This document shows positions 1 to 13,559 of a stretch of DNA of 64,000 nt, piece after piece. The stretch covers positions 20,737-84,736 of the forward strand of contig NW_021833077.1 in the NCBI RefSeq assembly GCF_006345805.1, written 5' to 3'. Each line of letters begins with the position of its first letter. The first letter of the stretch is position 1. Under the pieces are notes generated by a model. That model saw only the letters and a program-made list of their open reading frames with translations, did no database searches and was not told where the DNA came from. Position numbers and translations under genes: made by a program. The stretch comes from Octopus sinensis (Eukaryota).

Positions 1-98
1 ATCTCTGTGTTCTCCCCTTTCCCACCAGCGTGGTTAAAATCATCAAACACTATGCTTATTTCGGTAAAATCCGAAGCATTAATCAGAGGAGATTTAAT

Positions 99-410
99 TA
101 TAATTTAACAATGAGGCAAAATTAATTAATTATTAATCAATTTCACCAAGTGTTCAGTATGCAAAGGGACCATTCAAGGCGAATTCAATTATTACATTAT
201 ATAAAAGGGCTTAGTAAAATAAATTACTTTGCCGCATACTGAACTCATTAGAAATAGCAGCTAAAAAACTTTTTAAAGCTATTTCTAATACTTAAAGAAA
301 ATCTCTCTCATATAGTGTTTGCTTAATTCAACTCACAAAAAGTTGCATACTGAACACTTGTGAATTGATTAATAATTAATTAATTTTGCCCTCAATTGTT
401 TGAAATTATA
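99..410. mobile_element. MITE with ~66-bp terminal inverted repeats
   Basis: 99-164 (TATAATTTAACAATGAGGCAAAATTAATTAATTATTAATCAATTTCACCAAGTGTTCAGTATGCAA) is the near reverse complement of 343-410. The ends are TA-rich and there is no ORF. Confidence 0.8.
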
Positions 411-454
411 TATATATTATAATTATATATTATATTATATAATAAACATCACGC

Positions 455-600
455 TTACCTTGTTCTTTCTGGTGTCGTTTCTGTGGAAGAGCGTAGGCTC
501 GAAACATTCAAGACCTTTTCACTTCCCGGGCGTTATATTAATACATCTGTTTGTTGTCTACACCACCTGTATTCGTCTTTTGTTTTGTGAATTCTCTCTA
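455..600 (+). mobile_element. Penelope-like terminal repeat fragment with degenerate hammerhead motif (A6U family)
   Basis: CTGTGGA-A-GAGC-GTAG-GCTC-GAAACATT at 481-508. Same family as 49860-50060 and 43100-43260. Confidence 0.55.
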
Positions 601-2469
601 TGTGGTGTGTGTGGTGTGTGTGTGTCTAGAATCACGCCGAACACGGAGGAGGAGAGAAAATAGTAATTCAATGAAGGAAAAGTAGTGAGAGTAATAGCCC
701 TGACTGAGAGGGAGTGAGAGAAAGTAATAGCAATGTGAAAAAGAAGAGGTGATAGGTGAATAAGGAAGGAAGGGGTGAAAAATCAGTGTTTCAACTCTTT
801 ATGAGTATATGTGTGTATGTGTGTGCGTATACAAGGGAAGTATGTGAATGTTTGTATATATGATTATTATATACCTTATTTTGTACCTTATTTATATATA
901 AAATACCACAATTATCCGTCAGTATTGACGGCTCGTGGTCAGCTAGTAAGAAATAAAATATATTAGAAGTAAAGTAACTGTTGTGTCACATGCGTTATGG
1001 CGATTTTGGTGACAAATTTTTACAAATGTAAAATCTTAAATATTTATCTTGCTATTCATACAGCACTACTACATCGTGAGTATGGTTGATGAGGATACAT
1101 ACCTAAACATAACTCGAATTATCTCCCTTGTCAGAAAAAAGAATTATACTAATCATTCACTTAACCTGTGTTGTTTTCCTTTTCTCACTTTATACACGTC
1201 TTGTTAGCTTTTTAATGCTCTGTAAATTAATACAGAACAAATTAACAGTCTGTAGCTTATGCACTAGATAACCTATATGTCAGTTTATATAAGAGGGAAG
1301 CGTGATAAAAGCGCCAGACTGGAAACTCTATGGTATTCTAGTCTTCCAGTACACTGACTATGTTGGTGATTTCAACAACTGTCGACACATGCTTTTCTGT
1401 CTCCGGGCTAGGTTGAACAGTAAGCGTTAGGTAGCTTTGGAAATATATCGACTGTTTTGCACTTTTCGCACGTAGCAAAAAGCAGACATACAGGAATTTA
1501 TTGTGCTGAGACACTTGGCATTATATATTTATATGTCGATAACATAGACGTCCGCCATTATAAATGTTTGTGTGTGTGTGTGTGTGAAAGAGTGAGTGTT
1601 TCAATGTATATTCACATATACATATATGTATTCATTATTGCTGCGTCTGTGAATGTGTGTGTGTCCGCGTGCATATGTATGAGTGTGTGTGTTAATGCTT
1701 GTGGGTATATTCACGCATACATATATGTAGGTATGTATTATGCCTGCGCCTGTGTGTATGTGTGTGTTTTTGAGTGTCTGTATGTGTCTGTGTCTGTCTG
1801 TGTCTGCCTGTGTGTGCCAGTAAAATTAATCTAGAATAAATGAAAAGAGTCTATAGGCTTACTTGAATTAATGAATAGAATACTTTATCGAGTTAGTGTT
1901 AAAACAGAAATATCCTGGGACGGGATATTCGTATACCCGTCTGACAAATATGTGTTTATTTAGTTAAAGCAGTTTAAGATCTGAGTTCAAATGTAACCTT
2001 GATTTTCTTTCATCATTCTGAGGTAGATAAAATTATATACCAGGCAAATATTTGAAAATATACTCTTTCAAGTCGTTTTATTTTTGATTTAGTAGACGAA
2101 TTGTCCTTTGTCCATTTTTAGCCTTCAAAATTGGTAGGGAGAATGCAGTAAAAAAAACAGAGTTGCCGGGATGCTTCAGTCAGAAGCAGCATACCAAGAT
2201 ATTGAGCCATCCTCAGCGACGCAACAGTCCACATGCTTGCAAAAAAGTAGGCCCTCTAAACTTACTCAATTCCCAATTTTTCTATCAACTCTGGCAGTTA
2301 AAATCTACGATCGATCCAAAGATGTGCATTCTGTCCTAATGATTTCAGCATTTGTTTCAGTCTTCAAGATTTTGCTCTCAAGACTCAGACCGACGCAATA
2401 TGTAGGTAACATGCTTCAAAGTCCGCGCGATGTAATCGAAGCCACCACTTTCATGAATTATATATATAT

Positions 2470-2513
<44 letters not shown>

Positions 2514-4176
2514 GAAATGAGGTACTCACAGTTTTCAAGCAATTGGAATGAGGGCGCAAACGCAAAGAAATACACACATACATACATTCATACATATATA
2601 TAATTTAAAATAGCAAGGGTGAAAAATGGAATATTAATTTGATTAATATCAATTTAAAACCAGTGGTCTAGCATTTAGAAAAATCTGAAGATTAAAAAAA
2701 AAAATTATTTTTACATACATATAAGGGAGATGACGACTAAATGGACATCCATTATGCTAGAAGTCGACCCCCTATAGTCTTACCACTAAGAAAGAAATGT
2801 TCTCAAGAAAATTTAGCAAACGCCATATATATATATATGAATATATGTTTATATGTCCTTATTTCTTTGTGTTTGTACCCTCAATCCAACTGCTTGACAG
2901 CTGTGAAGCAGCGGTTCAGCAAACGGGTCTAATAGAATAGACAGCAGACTTAAAAATGAAGTACTGTGGGCCGATTTGTGTGACAAAACCCTTATATGCA
3001 ATGCCCCAACATAGCAGCCGTCCAATGACTAAACAAGTAAACGATAAAAAAAATTATCGACAAAAGTTGTATATCATTTTATCCTTTTAATCCGAACCGT
3101 ATTAGGATCTTCGAGGAATCGCCTCGTTAGTTTTCTTTTCATTTTCTGTATCATCCATTCTCTATTTCATTCCTATATTCCGTTATTAACTTTCGTATTC
3201 TTATTCTACTGATTATAAAAAAAATATATTTTTTTCATTTCATCGTCTTTCTGAAACCCATTTTAATTTTCATATCGCATCTCGCGTACGAACATTTTCT
3301 TATATTCCTTCATAAATTTGAAATATTTTGAGGCTTTCGGTCTGCAGTCATGTGGTAGGATAACTTCAAGTGATTTAGTCGCCTATATTGTATTACGAGC
3401 AAAGCGCCCATCGTCCAATGGACGGTGCTGAGTTGTCAAACATTTAAATCAAATTTTCTCAAGACAACTTATCCGACCGTCCCATAGGCCTCCCCTTTGA
3501 GAAACACTGATTTAACCTGAATTTGAGACACCAGCAAAAGAAGAAATAAAGATACATTTTTTTCTATTCCAAAGGAAAACGATTTTATTCACACAAATAT
3601 GCAACCGAAGAGTTTAAAGTACCAGTAATGATAAGGCTGTTGACTGGGAGAACACAAATATGGTTTAAACAGTAAGCTTGGCAGGAGAGAAACGTGCCTT
3701 TAAGCAGTGTAAAAACAGCAAAAAATGGAAAGTGCGGTTATGTACAGGTCGACGGAAGAAAAGCAGGACAAAAACGGCTTTATCGATCGCATTCTCATCT
3801 AGAATCGATTTTCGTAATTTTTTCAAGAGTTATACACGCCCTGATACCGTCGGTATCTACATATCAAATTTGAGTGCAATTGGATGGTGGATACCCGAGA
3901 TCCTAGAAAGCACACACAGACAGACAGAACGGATTTTATATAATAGATTTGCGTAACGTTTCTATTCTTGATCATCTAACATTTTGTTCGCCGTCGGTTT
4001 GCATTTGTTGTGTTTTTCTACACGTACTTTCTTCAGTAAGAATCTGTTGCTTATTCTTGGTCTCTATTAGTGGAAACCATGCTTGAAAGATTACGCATTA
4101 ATATAACTGAATAATGTTTTTTAAAACGATCACTACCGTCGGACGAACGGGAAAGCGAAACTCTGTATAATAGTTT

Positions 4177-4476
4177 GTGGAGGCACATGGCCTAGTGGTT
4201 ATAGCAGTGGACTCGCGGTCGAGGCATCGCGGGTTCGAATCTAAGACCGGGCGATGTGTGTGTGTGTTTATGAGCGGAACACCTAGGCTCCACGCGGCTC
4301 CGGCAGAAGATGATGGCGAACTTCTGCTGACTCTTTTGCCACAACTTTCTCTCACTCTTTCTTCCTGCATCTTGCAGCTCACCTGCGACGGACCGGCGTC
4401 CCGACCAGGTGGGGAACCTATACGCCAAGGAAACCGGGAAACCGGCCCTTATTAGCCAGGAATGGCTCGAGAAGGA
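4177..4476 (+). mobile_element. tRNA-derived SINE, family D
   Basis: A box TGGCCTAGTGG and B box GGTTCGAATC. The 3' part (GCGACGGACCGGCGTCCC...GAAACCGGGAAACCGG) is shared with family C. Other copies at 38812, 41148 and 57694. Confidence 0.85.
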
Positions 4477-5160
4477 TTGTGAAGATTATGCGCATATACA
4501 CATAAGCGGATATGCACACACACATATATGAGTGTGTTGGGCTGTACCTTCCCCTGTAATTAGTTTGCTATTTACCATTACGTTAATTATCTAATCATTC
4601 TCCTCCTCCCTTTCTCTCTCTACGCTATTCTGGCTCTCTCTCTCTCCTCACTAACGAAATATTTCTTTTTTTACTCTTCACCTTCCTCTCATTATTTGCT
4701 TAATCACATACACACTCTCTATCTCTTTTATTTTCTCTTTCTCTTCCTCTCCTTCTCTCACTATCTCTCTTTCTCTTTTTTCTCTTTCCCCCTCTCCACT
4801 GCCTGCTTCTTTTTCACTTTCTTTCGCTCGTTCTCTTTTCCCGTTTCTCCCGTATTATAATTCCCCCCCCTTACTCTCTCTTCCAATATAGTCGTTTCTC
4901 TCTCTCTCCTTTTCTATCCCACTTTCTCTCTCTTTCTCTATTTTTCTCTCTTTATTTATTCCTCTCTTTATTTATTCCTCTCAATGTCTTCATTTCTCTC
5001 TCTCCCATATCGTGACAGTTTCTGTTTTACTCTCTCCATCTCTCTCTCTCTCTCTCTTCCTCTTTTTATGTATTTCTTTCCCACATCTGTTATTTCTCGC
5101 CTTCCTTTTCTGGCTATTTGCCTCTCAACGTCAAACTCACCTCTTTCTTTCTGACTCCCA

Positions 5161-5246
<86 letters not shown>

Positions 5247-5264
5247 TTATCTATCTATCTATCT

Positions 5265-5298
<34 letters not shown>
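5161..5298. repeat. (TCTA)n microsatellite
   Basis: Direct reading. Confidence 0.95.
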
Positions 5299-5299
<1 letters not shown>

Positions 5300-5866
5300 C
5301 TATTTCACTGTTTTACCCTCATTTAATACATTTTTGCTGTATGTTCTTCAAATTGGTGTCAGAGTATAATACTGCACTTTTAAACGAGATCTGTCGTGTT
5401 TAACACCCATTAATGTTGACATCACACACACACACACTCACACACATATGTACATACACACATACATACATAATACATACATACACACACACATACATAC
5501 ATACATACATATTGTCTTTCAGATGTACAAATCTGCAGAAAGTGTTAAATGCGCGAACCAACCATGTGTAGGCGGCGAGTGATTGCGTGTTTAAATACAT
5601 ACAAAATTCCACAATGTCTTCATACTAGCAGAACTGTATATCTGTTTATGTGTGTTTGTATAAACTTCGTGTCTACACATTCATGAAATTATATACATGT
5701 GCGCTTGCATTTTTATGTGGAGCGTATGTATATATGTATGCATGTATGTATGTATGTATGTATGTATGTATGTATGTATGTATGTATGTATGCCTATGCG
5801 GGGTGTTCATAAATTATCTTTACAACTTACATAATTTATTGCATCTACTAAAGTAGAGATCCATCT

Positions 5867-6651
5867 TATTTTTACTACCCACAAGGGGCTACACACAGAG
5901 GGAACAAACCAGGACAAACAAATGGATTAAGTCGATTATATCGATCCAGTGCATAACTGGTACATATTTAATTGACCCCAAAAGGATGAAAGGCAAAGTC
6001 GACCTCGGTGGAATTCGAACTCAGAACGTAGCGGCAGACGAAATACCTATTCCTTTACTACCTACAAGAGGCTAAACATAGAGGGGACAAACCAGGACAA
6101 ACAAATGGATTAAGTCGATTATATCGACCCAGTGCATAACTGGTACATATTTAATTGACCCCAAAAGGATGAAAGGCAAAGTCGACCTCGGTGTAATTTG
6201 AACTCAGAACGTAGCGGCAGACGAAATACCTATTCCTTTACTACCTACAAGAGGCTAAACATAGAGTGGACAAACAAGGACAGACAAGGGGATTAAGTCG
6301 ATTACATCGACACCAGTACGTAACTGGTACTTATTTAATCGACCTCGAAAAGATGAAAGGCAAAGTCGACCTCGGCGGAATTTGAACTCAGAACGTAACG
6401 ACAGACGAAATACCTATTTCTATTTCTTTATTACCCACAAGGGGCTAAACATAGAGGGGACAAACATGGACAGACATAGGTATTAAGTCGATTATATCGA
6501 CCCCAGTGCTTAACTGGTACTTAATTTATCGACCCCGAAAGGATGAAAGGTAGAGTCGGCCTCGGCGGAATTTGAGCTCACAACGTAACGGCAGACGAAA
6601 TACTGCTAAGCATTTCGTCCGGCGTGCTAACGTTTCTGCCAGCTCGCCGCC
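5867..6651 (-). mobile_element. SINE family B, head plus 4 tandem ~184-bp units
   Basis: Head GGCGGCGAGCTGGCAGAAACGTTAGCACG is read on the minus strand from 6651. Four repeats of the GAGTTCAAATTCC...GACTTTGCCTTTCATCCTTTCGGGGTCGAT body follow. No clear TSD. Confidence 0.9.
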
Positions 6652-7049
6652 TTCATATACATATTTGTTTATGTTTCTCTCTTTCTGTGAGTGTGTGTTC
6701 TTGTGCATGTCCATGTATATATATATCAAAGAGAAGCTGAAAGAAATAAAGATGAAGAAAACGAAAAAAGAATGAAAAGATGACAAAAGAAAGAAGTAAA
6801 AATAAAAGAGGAAAGAAAAACGAAGAAAGGCAGAGGGGAATAGAGCGATGTACGTAGTAATTCTTGCTTATAATTGGTTATGCAATTAAGAAGCATATGT
6901 TTCCTGGTTTAGTCCCATGCCGTGACATTTTGGCCAAGTATTTACTACGTTAGGCTCGGTTTTATCAATATCTTCAGAGTGAAATTTGATATCGCAAGAC
7001 GTTGCACGAACATCTCGCATATCGTCTGTATTTCATGCATGCGCCCTCC

Positions 7050-7460
7050 CGTGTGTATATCTTCTATCTTTTACTTGTTGCAATGACTGCACTGCAGCTA
7101 TACTTGGGAACCGACTTCATGGGTTTAGTCAAGCAAATCCACCCCAGTAGTAATTTTTAAATCTGACACCTATTCTTTTGGTCACTTAGAGGCAAAACCT
7201 CTAAGATACAGGCGCGTAAAGAAACAACACTGGTAGACAGGCGGTAGGGAAACAAAGAGAAGCATAGAAATACATACTAACACAAATGCACACACACGCA
7301 CGCTAACACTCACACGCACACACACCTATGCACACGCAGATGTTTGTGTGTTTGTAGGATTGGTTGTGTGGTAAGAGGCTTGCTTCTCTACCACATGGTT
7401 CCGTGTTCAGTGTCACTGCGTGGCACCTTGCGTGTCTTCTACTATAGCCTCGGGCCGACC
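7050..7460. mobile_element. Two diverged SINE family A-like fragments in opposite orientations
   Basis: A 3' half on minus (~7050-7260), a CA-rich spacer, then a 5' head on plus (~7350-7460: GTGTGGTAAG...GTGGCACCTTG...GCCTCGGGCCGACC). Confidence 0.65.
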
Positions 7461-7583
7461 TTATATATATATATCTATATATTTATATCTGTAAATATAA
7501 ATATAAATATAAATAAATATCTGTAAATATAAACCATCTAATTTTCTGTGTACCTCATTTCTTCTAATATATATATATATTAT

Positions 7584-7629
<46 letters not shown>

Positions 7630-7631
7630 GG

Positions 7632-7711
<80 letters not shown>

Positions 7712-7746
7712 CAATATATATATATATATATAATATATATACATAT

Positions 7747-7792
<46 letters not shown>

Positions 7793-7806
7793 TATATAGT
7801 TAATCC

Positions 7807-8211
7807 TAAAGACATCCTGTACAGTGAACTCACCACGGGATCCCGACCCAAGGGACGTCCACAGCTACGATACAGGGATGTGTGCAAGCGCGACCTGAGG
7901 ACTGCCAACATCTGTGTGGACACGTGGGAGGAAACAGCTGCTGACCGCTCTGCCTGGCGTCGGACGGTGAGGAAGGGCGTTTCCATGGCTGAGGAAAGGA
8001 GAGCACAATTGTGGTTGGACAGGCGGGACAGGAAGAGGACAACTGCAGCAACACCCCAGACGTACCCATCGATGTTCGTGTGCAGCAACTGTACCAAGGA
8101 CTGCCACTCCAGAATTGGACTGTTCAGTCACAGCAGACGCTGCTCGTCATCAAAGTAGGCCCCACCCTTGGCGCAACCCATTGTCTATCAAGACAGACGG
8201 GGAAAACAACA
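7807..8211 (+). mobile_element. 5'-truncated RTE-clade LINE (C-terminal end of ORF plus 3' UTR), young insertion
   Basis: Reads [31 protein letters not shown]...W...AADRSAWR...[18 protein letters not shown], typical of RTE ORF ends. Short CAA tail. TSD ATAGTTAATCC at 7796-7806 and 8212-8222. Confidence 0.9.
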
Positions 8212-8415
8212 ATAGTTAATCCAAACAAGAAAGCACAAGAAACACAACAATGCGAGGACGTGGAACAAATATAGTATTATTGGACGCTCAGGAAAGAAGG
8301 AAATAAGGAGGGTTTAACGTTTCGAGCGGAGCTCTTCGTCGGAAACATAGGAGAAGGAAAGATCCAGAGAAGGGAAGACAGAGGAAAAAAAATTGCCAAC
8401 GGTAACACACGAGGT

Positions 8416-8425
<10 letters not shown>
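8212..8425 (-). mobile_element. Penelope-like terminal repeat carrying minimal hammerhead (U4C family)
   Basis: Near-identical to 13560-13765 in reverse orientation. Confidence 0.7.
8312..8346 (-). ncRNA. Minimal type-I hammerhead ribozyme motif (U4C core variant)
   Basis: Minus strand reads GTTT-CCGACGA-A-GAGC-TCC-GCTC-GAAA-CGT-T-AAAC: 4-bp stem I, 4-bp stem II, palindromic ACGT stem III, GUU triplet. Activity not demonstrated. Confidence 0.6.
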
Positions 8426-8479
<54 letters not shown>

Positions 8480-8515
8480 ACCTCGTGTGTACCGTTGGCA
8501 ATTTTTTTTCCTCTG

Positions 8516-8529
<14 letters not shown>

Positions 8530-8557
<28 letters not shown>

Positions 8558-8830
8558 ACAAAGTGGGACAAGAACACAAAACATCCGGACAACTGGGTGA
8601 TACAAAAAGGACGGGTCTTTCGAAGTTTTCTATCTTCAGTCGAGAACCAGATTATCCTCACAATTTCGGCTGGTTATTCTTGAGATTGCTCCAATCTGGC
8701 CAGCCCCAAGGAAAAACTAAGTTAAGAGCATTAGATTCCTCGGAAGAAAGCATCGAATGTATACAAAAACAAGGACGGAAAAAACGGATAATGTTACACA
8801 AATATAAATACAATAAAAATTAAAATAATA
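8530..8830 (-). repeat. Dispersed repeat family (possible Penelope-like terminus), copy 1
   Basis: Homologous to 12120-12315 and 63335-63560. Contains CTGAAGA..AG-AAAA-CTT-CGAAAGACCCGTC, only hammerhead-like. Confidence 0.6.
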
Positions 8831-8980
8831 CGACAAAAATAACAACAGGACATTGCAACGGATGTCTTTCGACTAAGGACGAATAGAATTCAGCTGGCAC
8901 GTGTGGAAATGAAGCCTTATCTCTGCCGTAAAGGTTAGGGTTATGTTATATATATGTGTGTATACACACACCACACACAC

Positions 8981-9065
<85 letters not shown>

Positions 9066-9072
9066 ATATATA

Positions 9073-9618
9073 CAGGGTTATTCAAAGATAATGAACCGAT
9101 TTCATTACGCAATATTTTAATAAAGAAAAGCAATAAAAAACTCCACCTAGGTCACAAGTATTCACTCACAATTAACTTTTATTTCTTGCCTTACAAGTGT
9201 TCGATGACCACCACCTCCAAATCGGGCAACATCATTGCGATAAGCGAATGCCTCCCAGACGCATATCAGCATATCGCGATCCACGGACCACTTCTTAGGC
9301 TGTCTGTTTAAATGCTTTATCGGAGTTTTTCCATTTCCCTTACATGTCAATATCTTTTGGAATCGCTTCAAACAAAGTAAATTTATTCTTTAGTTCCATA
9401 ATAAATTTGCTTTTGATATGCTGGTACCGTTTGGGAGGAATTCTCTTATCACATTGATGTTGCCCCTGCTGCAGGTGGTGGCCACATTGAACACTTGTAA
9501 GACAGGAAATAAAAGTTGATTGTAAGTAACTACTTGTGACTTAGCTGGAGTTTTCTATTGCTTTCCCTTATTAAAATATTGCGTAAGGAAATCGGTTCAT
9601 CAGTTTTGAATAACCCTG
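9073..9618. mobile_element. Tc1/mariner-type MITE
   Basis: TIR CAGGGTTATTCAAAGATAATGAACCGATTTCATTACGCAATATTTTA pairs with TAAAATATTGCGTAAGGAAATCGGTTCATCAGTTTTGAATAACCCTG. Flanked by TA (left) and CA (right) inside a TA-rich tract. Confidence 0.85.
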
Positions 9619-9868
9619 CATATATATATATATATACATAAACATAATATTATATATAATTACATATATACTTATATTTACATATGTATTACTTATATTT
9701 AGATGTATATACATACATATGTGTGTGTATAAATATATGTATATATATATATATATGATATAAATACTCACATATATATGTATATATATACATAAGTACA
9801 TATATATGTGGTGGGGTGTATATATACTTATATATATATGCATATATATATCATATATATATATATAT

Positions 9869-9935
<67 letters not shown>

Positions 9936-10504
9936 ATATATGCACATACACACATACATACATATGTGTGAGGAGAAGAGTGTACGTGTGTGTGTCTGTG
10001 TGTATGTCATTATGTATGCATCTGTATACACGAGTTCGAGCGTGTTTGTATGTGGTGGTATATATTGGACTTAAAATCATGGTAAACCTTACAAAAAGCA
10101 AGTCCAGGTGAGAGAAAAGAAACGCACACACACACACGTAAGTAACTTATCAGTCGTGCTAGATATGGCTTACTCCTCCGAATGCCTATCCAGTGCTGAC
10201 AGCTAATTAACTTTACGCACACGTTCTTTTATGTGTTTGCAATGCTTTATACACACACACACATACATACATACATACATACATACATACTCATACATAC
10301 ATACATACTTACATACATACATATATACATACTTACATACATACTTACATAATACATACATACATACATACATACTACATACATACATACATACATACAT
10401 ACATACATACACGCACGCATACAAGGCAGCAAACCCTGTCTGGTAAATTCGTTCGGGAATCGCTGATATAAATAGGGCTAATCCGTTCCAATGTAACGTC
10501 CCGA

Positions 10505-10729
10505 GTCATGTAGATTCATAGAGCCTTTTCCTGGTTTCCGTGGCGCATATAGTTCCCTCTTGACAGGACGCCGGTCCGTCGCAGGAATGGTCACTTTTGC
10601 CAGCTGAGTGGACTGGAGCAACGTGAAATGAAGTGCTTTGCTCGAGAACACATCGCGTCGCCCGTTCCAGGAATCGAAACCACAATCTTACGATCATGGT
10701 GCTGACACCGTAACGACTAAGCCGCACGC

Positions 10730-10731
<2 letters not shown>
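10505..10731 (-). mobile_element. tRNA-derived SINE, family C
   Basis: Reverse complement matches the 34158 copy, including the core TTCATTTCACGTTGCTCCAGTCCACTCAGCTGGCAAAA. Confidence 0.85.
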
Positions 10732-10789
<58 letters not shown>

Positions 10790-11123
10790 ACACACACACA
10801 CAAACAAACACACACTCACACTCGCACACACATATATGTATGTATGTATATAGATACGGACACAATGAGTTAGTGATTACGGGTGCTTATGCTGTGTGTT
10901 GTAAGACGACTGGGAGTGACGCACATTTTAACAATTGTTAAAGCATGTTTTGGAGTCTCTTGTGTCTGTTAATGAGGGTCTTTGCGATCATGGGCAGCTG
11001 TTTACCTCAGACTTTGTTTGAAACATGCACTATTGACTACAATATTCTAATCGTCATATTCGCTTAGTCAATCAACGAACTGAAACTCATGAGTTCACGC
11101 ATGTTTGCATATATATACATACA

Positions 11124-11186
<63 letters not shown>

Positions 11187-11201
11187 TGGATATATATATA
11201 C

Positions 11202-11248
<47 letters not shown>

Positions 11249-11304
11249 AATATACATACATATACATATATATATATATATACACAATATACATATACAT
11301 ATAC

Positions 11305-11349
<45 letters not shown>

Positions 11350-11557
11350 GATATATATAATTATATATATTATATATATATATATAACAAATATACATAT
11401 ATTTAGATTTATATATATTTTTTTCTAGTTGCAGCTCAGAGCTGCGGCCATGCTGATGCACTGCCGTTTTGTGCTACACTGTTATTACGACGATCCTCGT
11501 CTAATATGTGGCACTTAGTGAAGAATGGAGTTTGATATAGCTGCTCTCATAAAAAAA

Positions 11558-11740
11558 GTTAGCACGCCGGGCGGAATGCTTAGTATTTCGTTTGTTTTTA
11601 AGTTCTGGGTTAAAATTCCGCCGAGGTCGACTTTTCCTTTCATCCTTTCGAGGTCGATAAATTAAGTACCAGTTGCGTACAGGGGTCTATCTAATCCACT
11701 GGCTCCCTCCCACAAAATTGTGCCTAGAGTAGAAAAAATT
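11558..11740 (+). mobile_element. SINE family B variant with alternative tail (...GTGCCTAGAGTAGAAAA)
   Basis: B head and core followed by the same tail type as the last unit at 48474-48643. Confidence 0.75.
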
Positions 11741-12119
11741 TTAACAACTTTTCGAGCCGGATAAGACATATGGTGTAATGATATGAGGACGACATCACAT
11801 TCCTGCTTTCCTACGTTTATTTCGGTTACGTACGTATAGAAAGAGAACTTCAGTTCGATTTGCAATCTTCGTTATGCGAATGCTACTCGTGAAATATATT
11901 AAAAGTAAACCAGGGCAATAAAGTGTTTTAAAAAATGGAACACGTCTTTTTTTTATCAAGAAAAAAAAATGTTCGTACAGTTCAAAATATATGCGAGCGT
12001 CATTGCGAAGAGGTTTAAGTGAATAATGAGGTTAACGTAAAGAAGAGTAATATATATATTTATATGTGTGTGTGTGTGTGTGTGTGTGTTGTGTGTGTGT
12101 GTGTTGTGTGTAACATTGT

Positions 12120-12313
12120 CCGTTTTTTTCTCTCCTTGTTTTTGTATTCATTCGCTGCTTTCTTCCAAGGAATCTAATGCTCTTAGCTTAGTTTTTCCTT
12201 GGGGCTGGCCAGACTGGAGCAATCTGGAGCAAATGAGGAAAGAAAACTCCGAATGACCTATCCTTGTTTTCTTTGTATCGTCTATCTGGATGTTTTGTGT
12301 TCTTGTCCCATTT

Positions 12314-12315
<2 letters not shown>
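12120..12315 (+). repeat. Dispersed repeat family (same as 8530-8830), copy 2
   Basis: Shared TTCGCTGCTTTCTTCCAAGGAATCTAATGCTCTTAGC...GGGGCTGGCCAGA. Confidence 0.7.
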
Positions 12316-12350
<35 letters not shown>

Positions 12351-12406
12351 CGGCGTACGTACAGTTTGTTCGCTTAAATATATATATATATATATATATA
12401 CATTCA

Positions 12407-12461
<55 letters not shown>

Positions 12462-12944
12462 ACACATACATATACATAGCTACTGTTCAGCGCCAAGATT
12501 GGTTGGAAACTAAAACATTTATCAACAAAAGAAAATTAAAAGCTTTCTGAGATATACTATTTAGTAATGTAGCATGCTAAACTATTAAAATCCGTAAGGT
12601 GTTTACGTTTTCACGCAGAGAATTACTGCTAGCACATTTCAGATAGTAAGTTTGTGAGTGCTGACACAACTAGCAGGATACATATGTGTTGGAAAAGTAT
12701 CTGTTTGGTGTAAATAAATTTTCACTAATGTTTCTAATTCACTTTCTTCCCATGAACACTTTAAATGGTCTAATGAATTCAGCGAAATCGTAGTTACACA
12801 GGAATTAATTTTACAAATAAAGCAATTACATGTGTTAAAATTAGAAAATGTTTGTATAACATAGGTTATTCTTAATCGTTCCCATCAGACAGACACATAC
12901 ACACACACAGACACATTATATAGCACTCTGTAAAAATCACTATG

Positions 12945-12995
<51 letters not shown>

Positions 12996-13008
12996 TCTCA
13001 TTTACACA

Positions 13009-13397
13009 TTTACTTGTGTCAGTGATTTGACTGTGGCCATGCTGGAGCACTGCATTTAGTCGAGCAAATCGACCCCAGGACTTATTCTTTGTAAGCCTTG
13101 TACTTATTCTATCGGTCTCTTTTGCCGAACCGCTAAGTTACAGGGATGTAAACACACCAGCATCGGTTGTCAAGTGATGTTAGGAGAGGGGGCAAACACA
13201 GGCAAACAAACATATCCACACACATACATATATACAAAGGGCTTCTTTCAGTTTCCGTCTACCAAATCCACTCACAAGGCTTTGGTCGGCGCGAGGCTAT
13301 AGTAGAAGACACTTGCCCAAGGTGCTACGCAGTAGGACTGAACCCGGAACTATGTGGTTGGTAACCAAGCTACTTACCACACAGTCACTCCTACGCC
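13009..13397 (-). mobile_element. tRNA-derived SINE, family A (full length)
   Basis: Head GGCGYAGGAGTGGCTGTGTGGTAAG, B box GGTTCAGTCC, CORE-like GGCACCTTGGGCAAGTGTCTT, internal TA/TG tract, tail AAACAAGTAAAAGAG. Confidence 0.9.
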
Positions 13398-13443
13398 TAG
13401 TGTTTATAGAATAAGTGTATGTACGTATATATATCTATATATG

Positions 13444-13527
<84 letters not shown>

Positions 13528-13559
13528 GTGTGTGTGTGTGTGTGTGACTACGGTATGTG

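Noticed and set aside
2171-2460. Non-repetitive ORF-like stretch
   Set aside because: No recognisable motif in any frame I tried and no convincing splice boundaries. It runs into a TA repeat.
4177-4260. tRNA genes at SINE heads (also 34158, 41148, 57694)
   Set aside because: A/B boxes are present, but no complete cloverleaf or acceptor stem forms and each continues into a SINE body.
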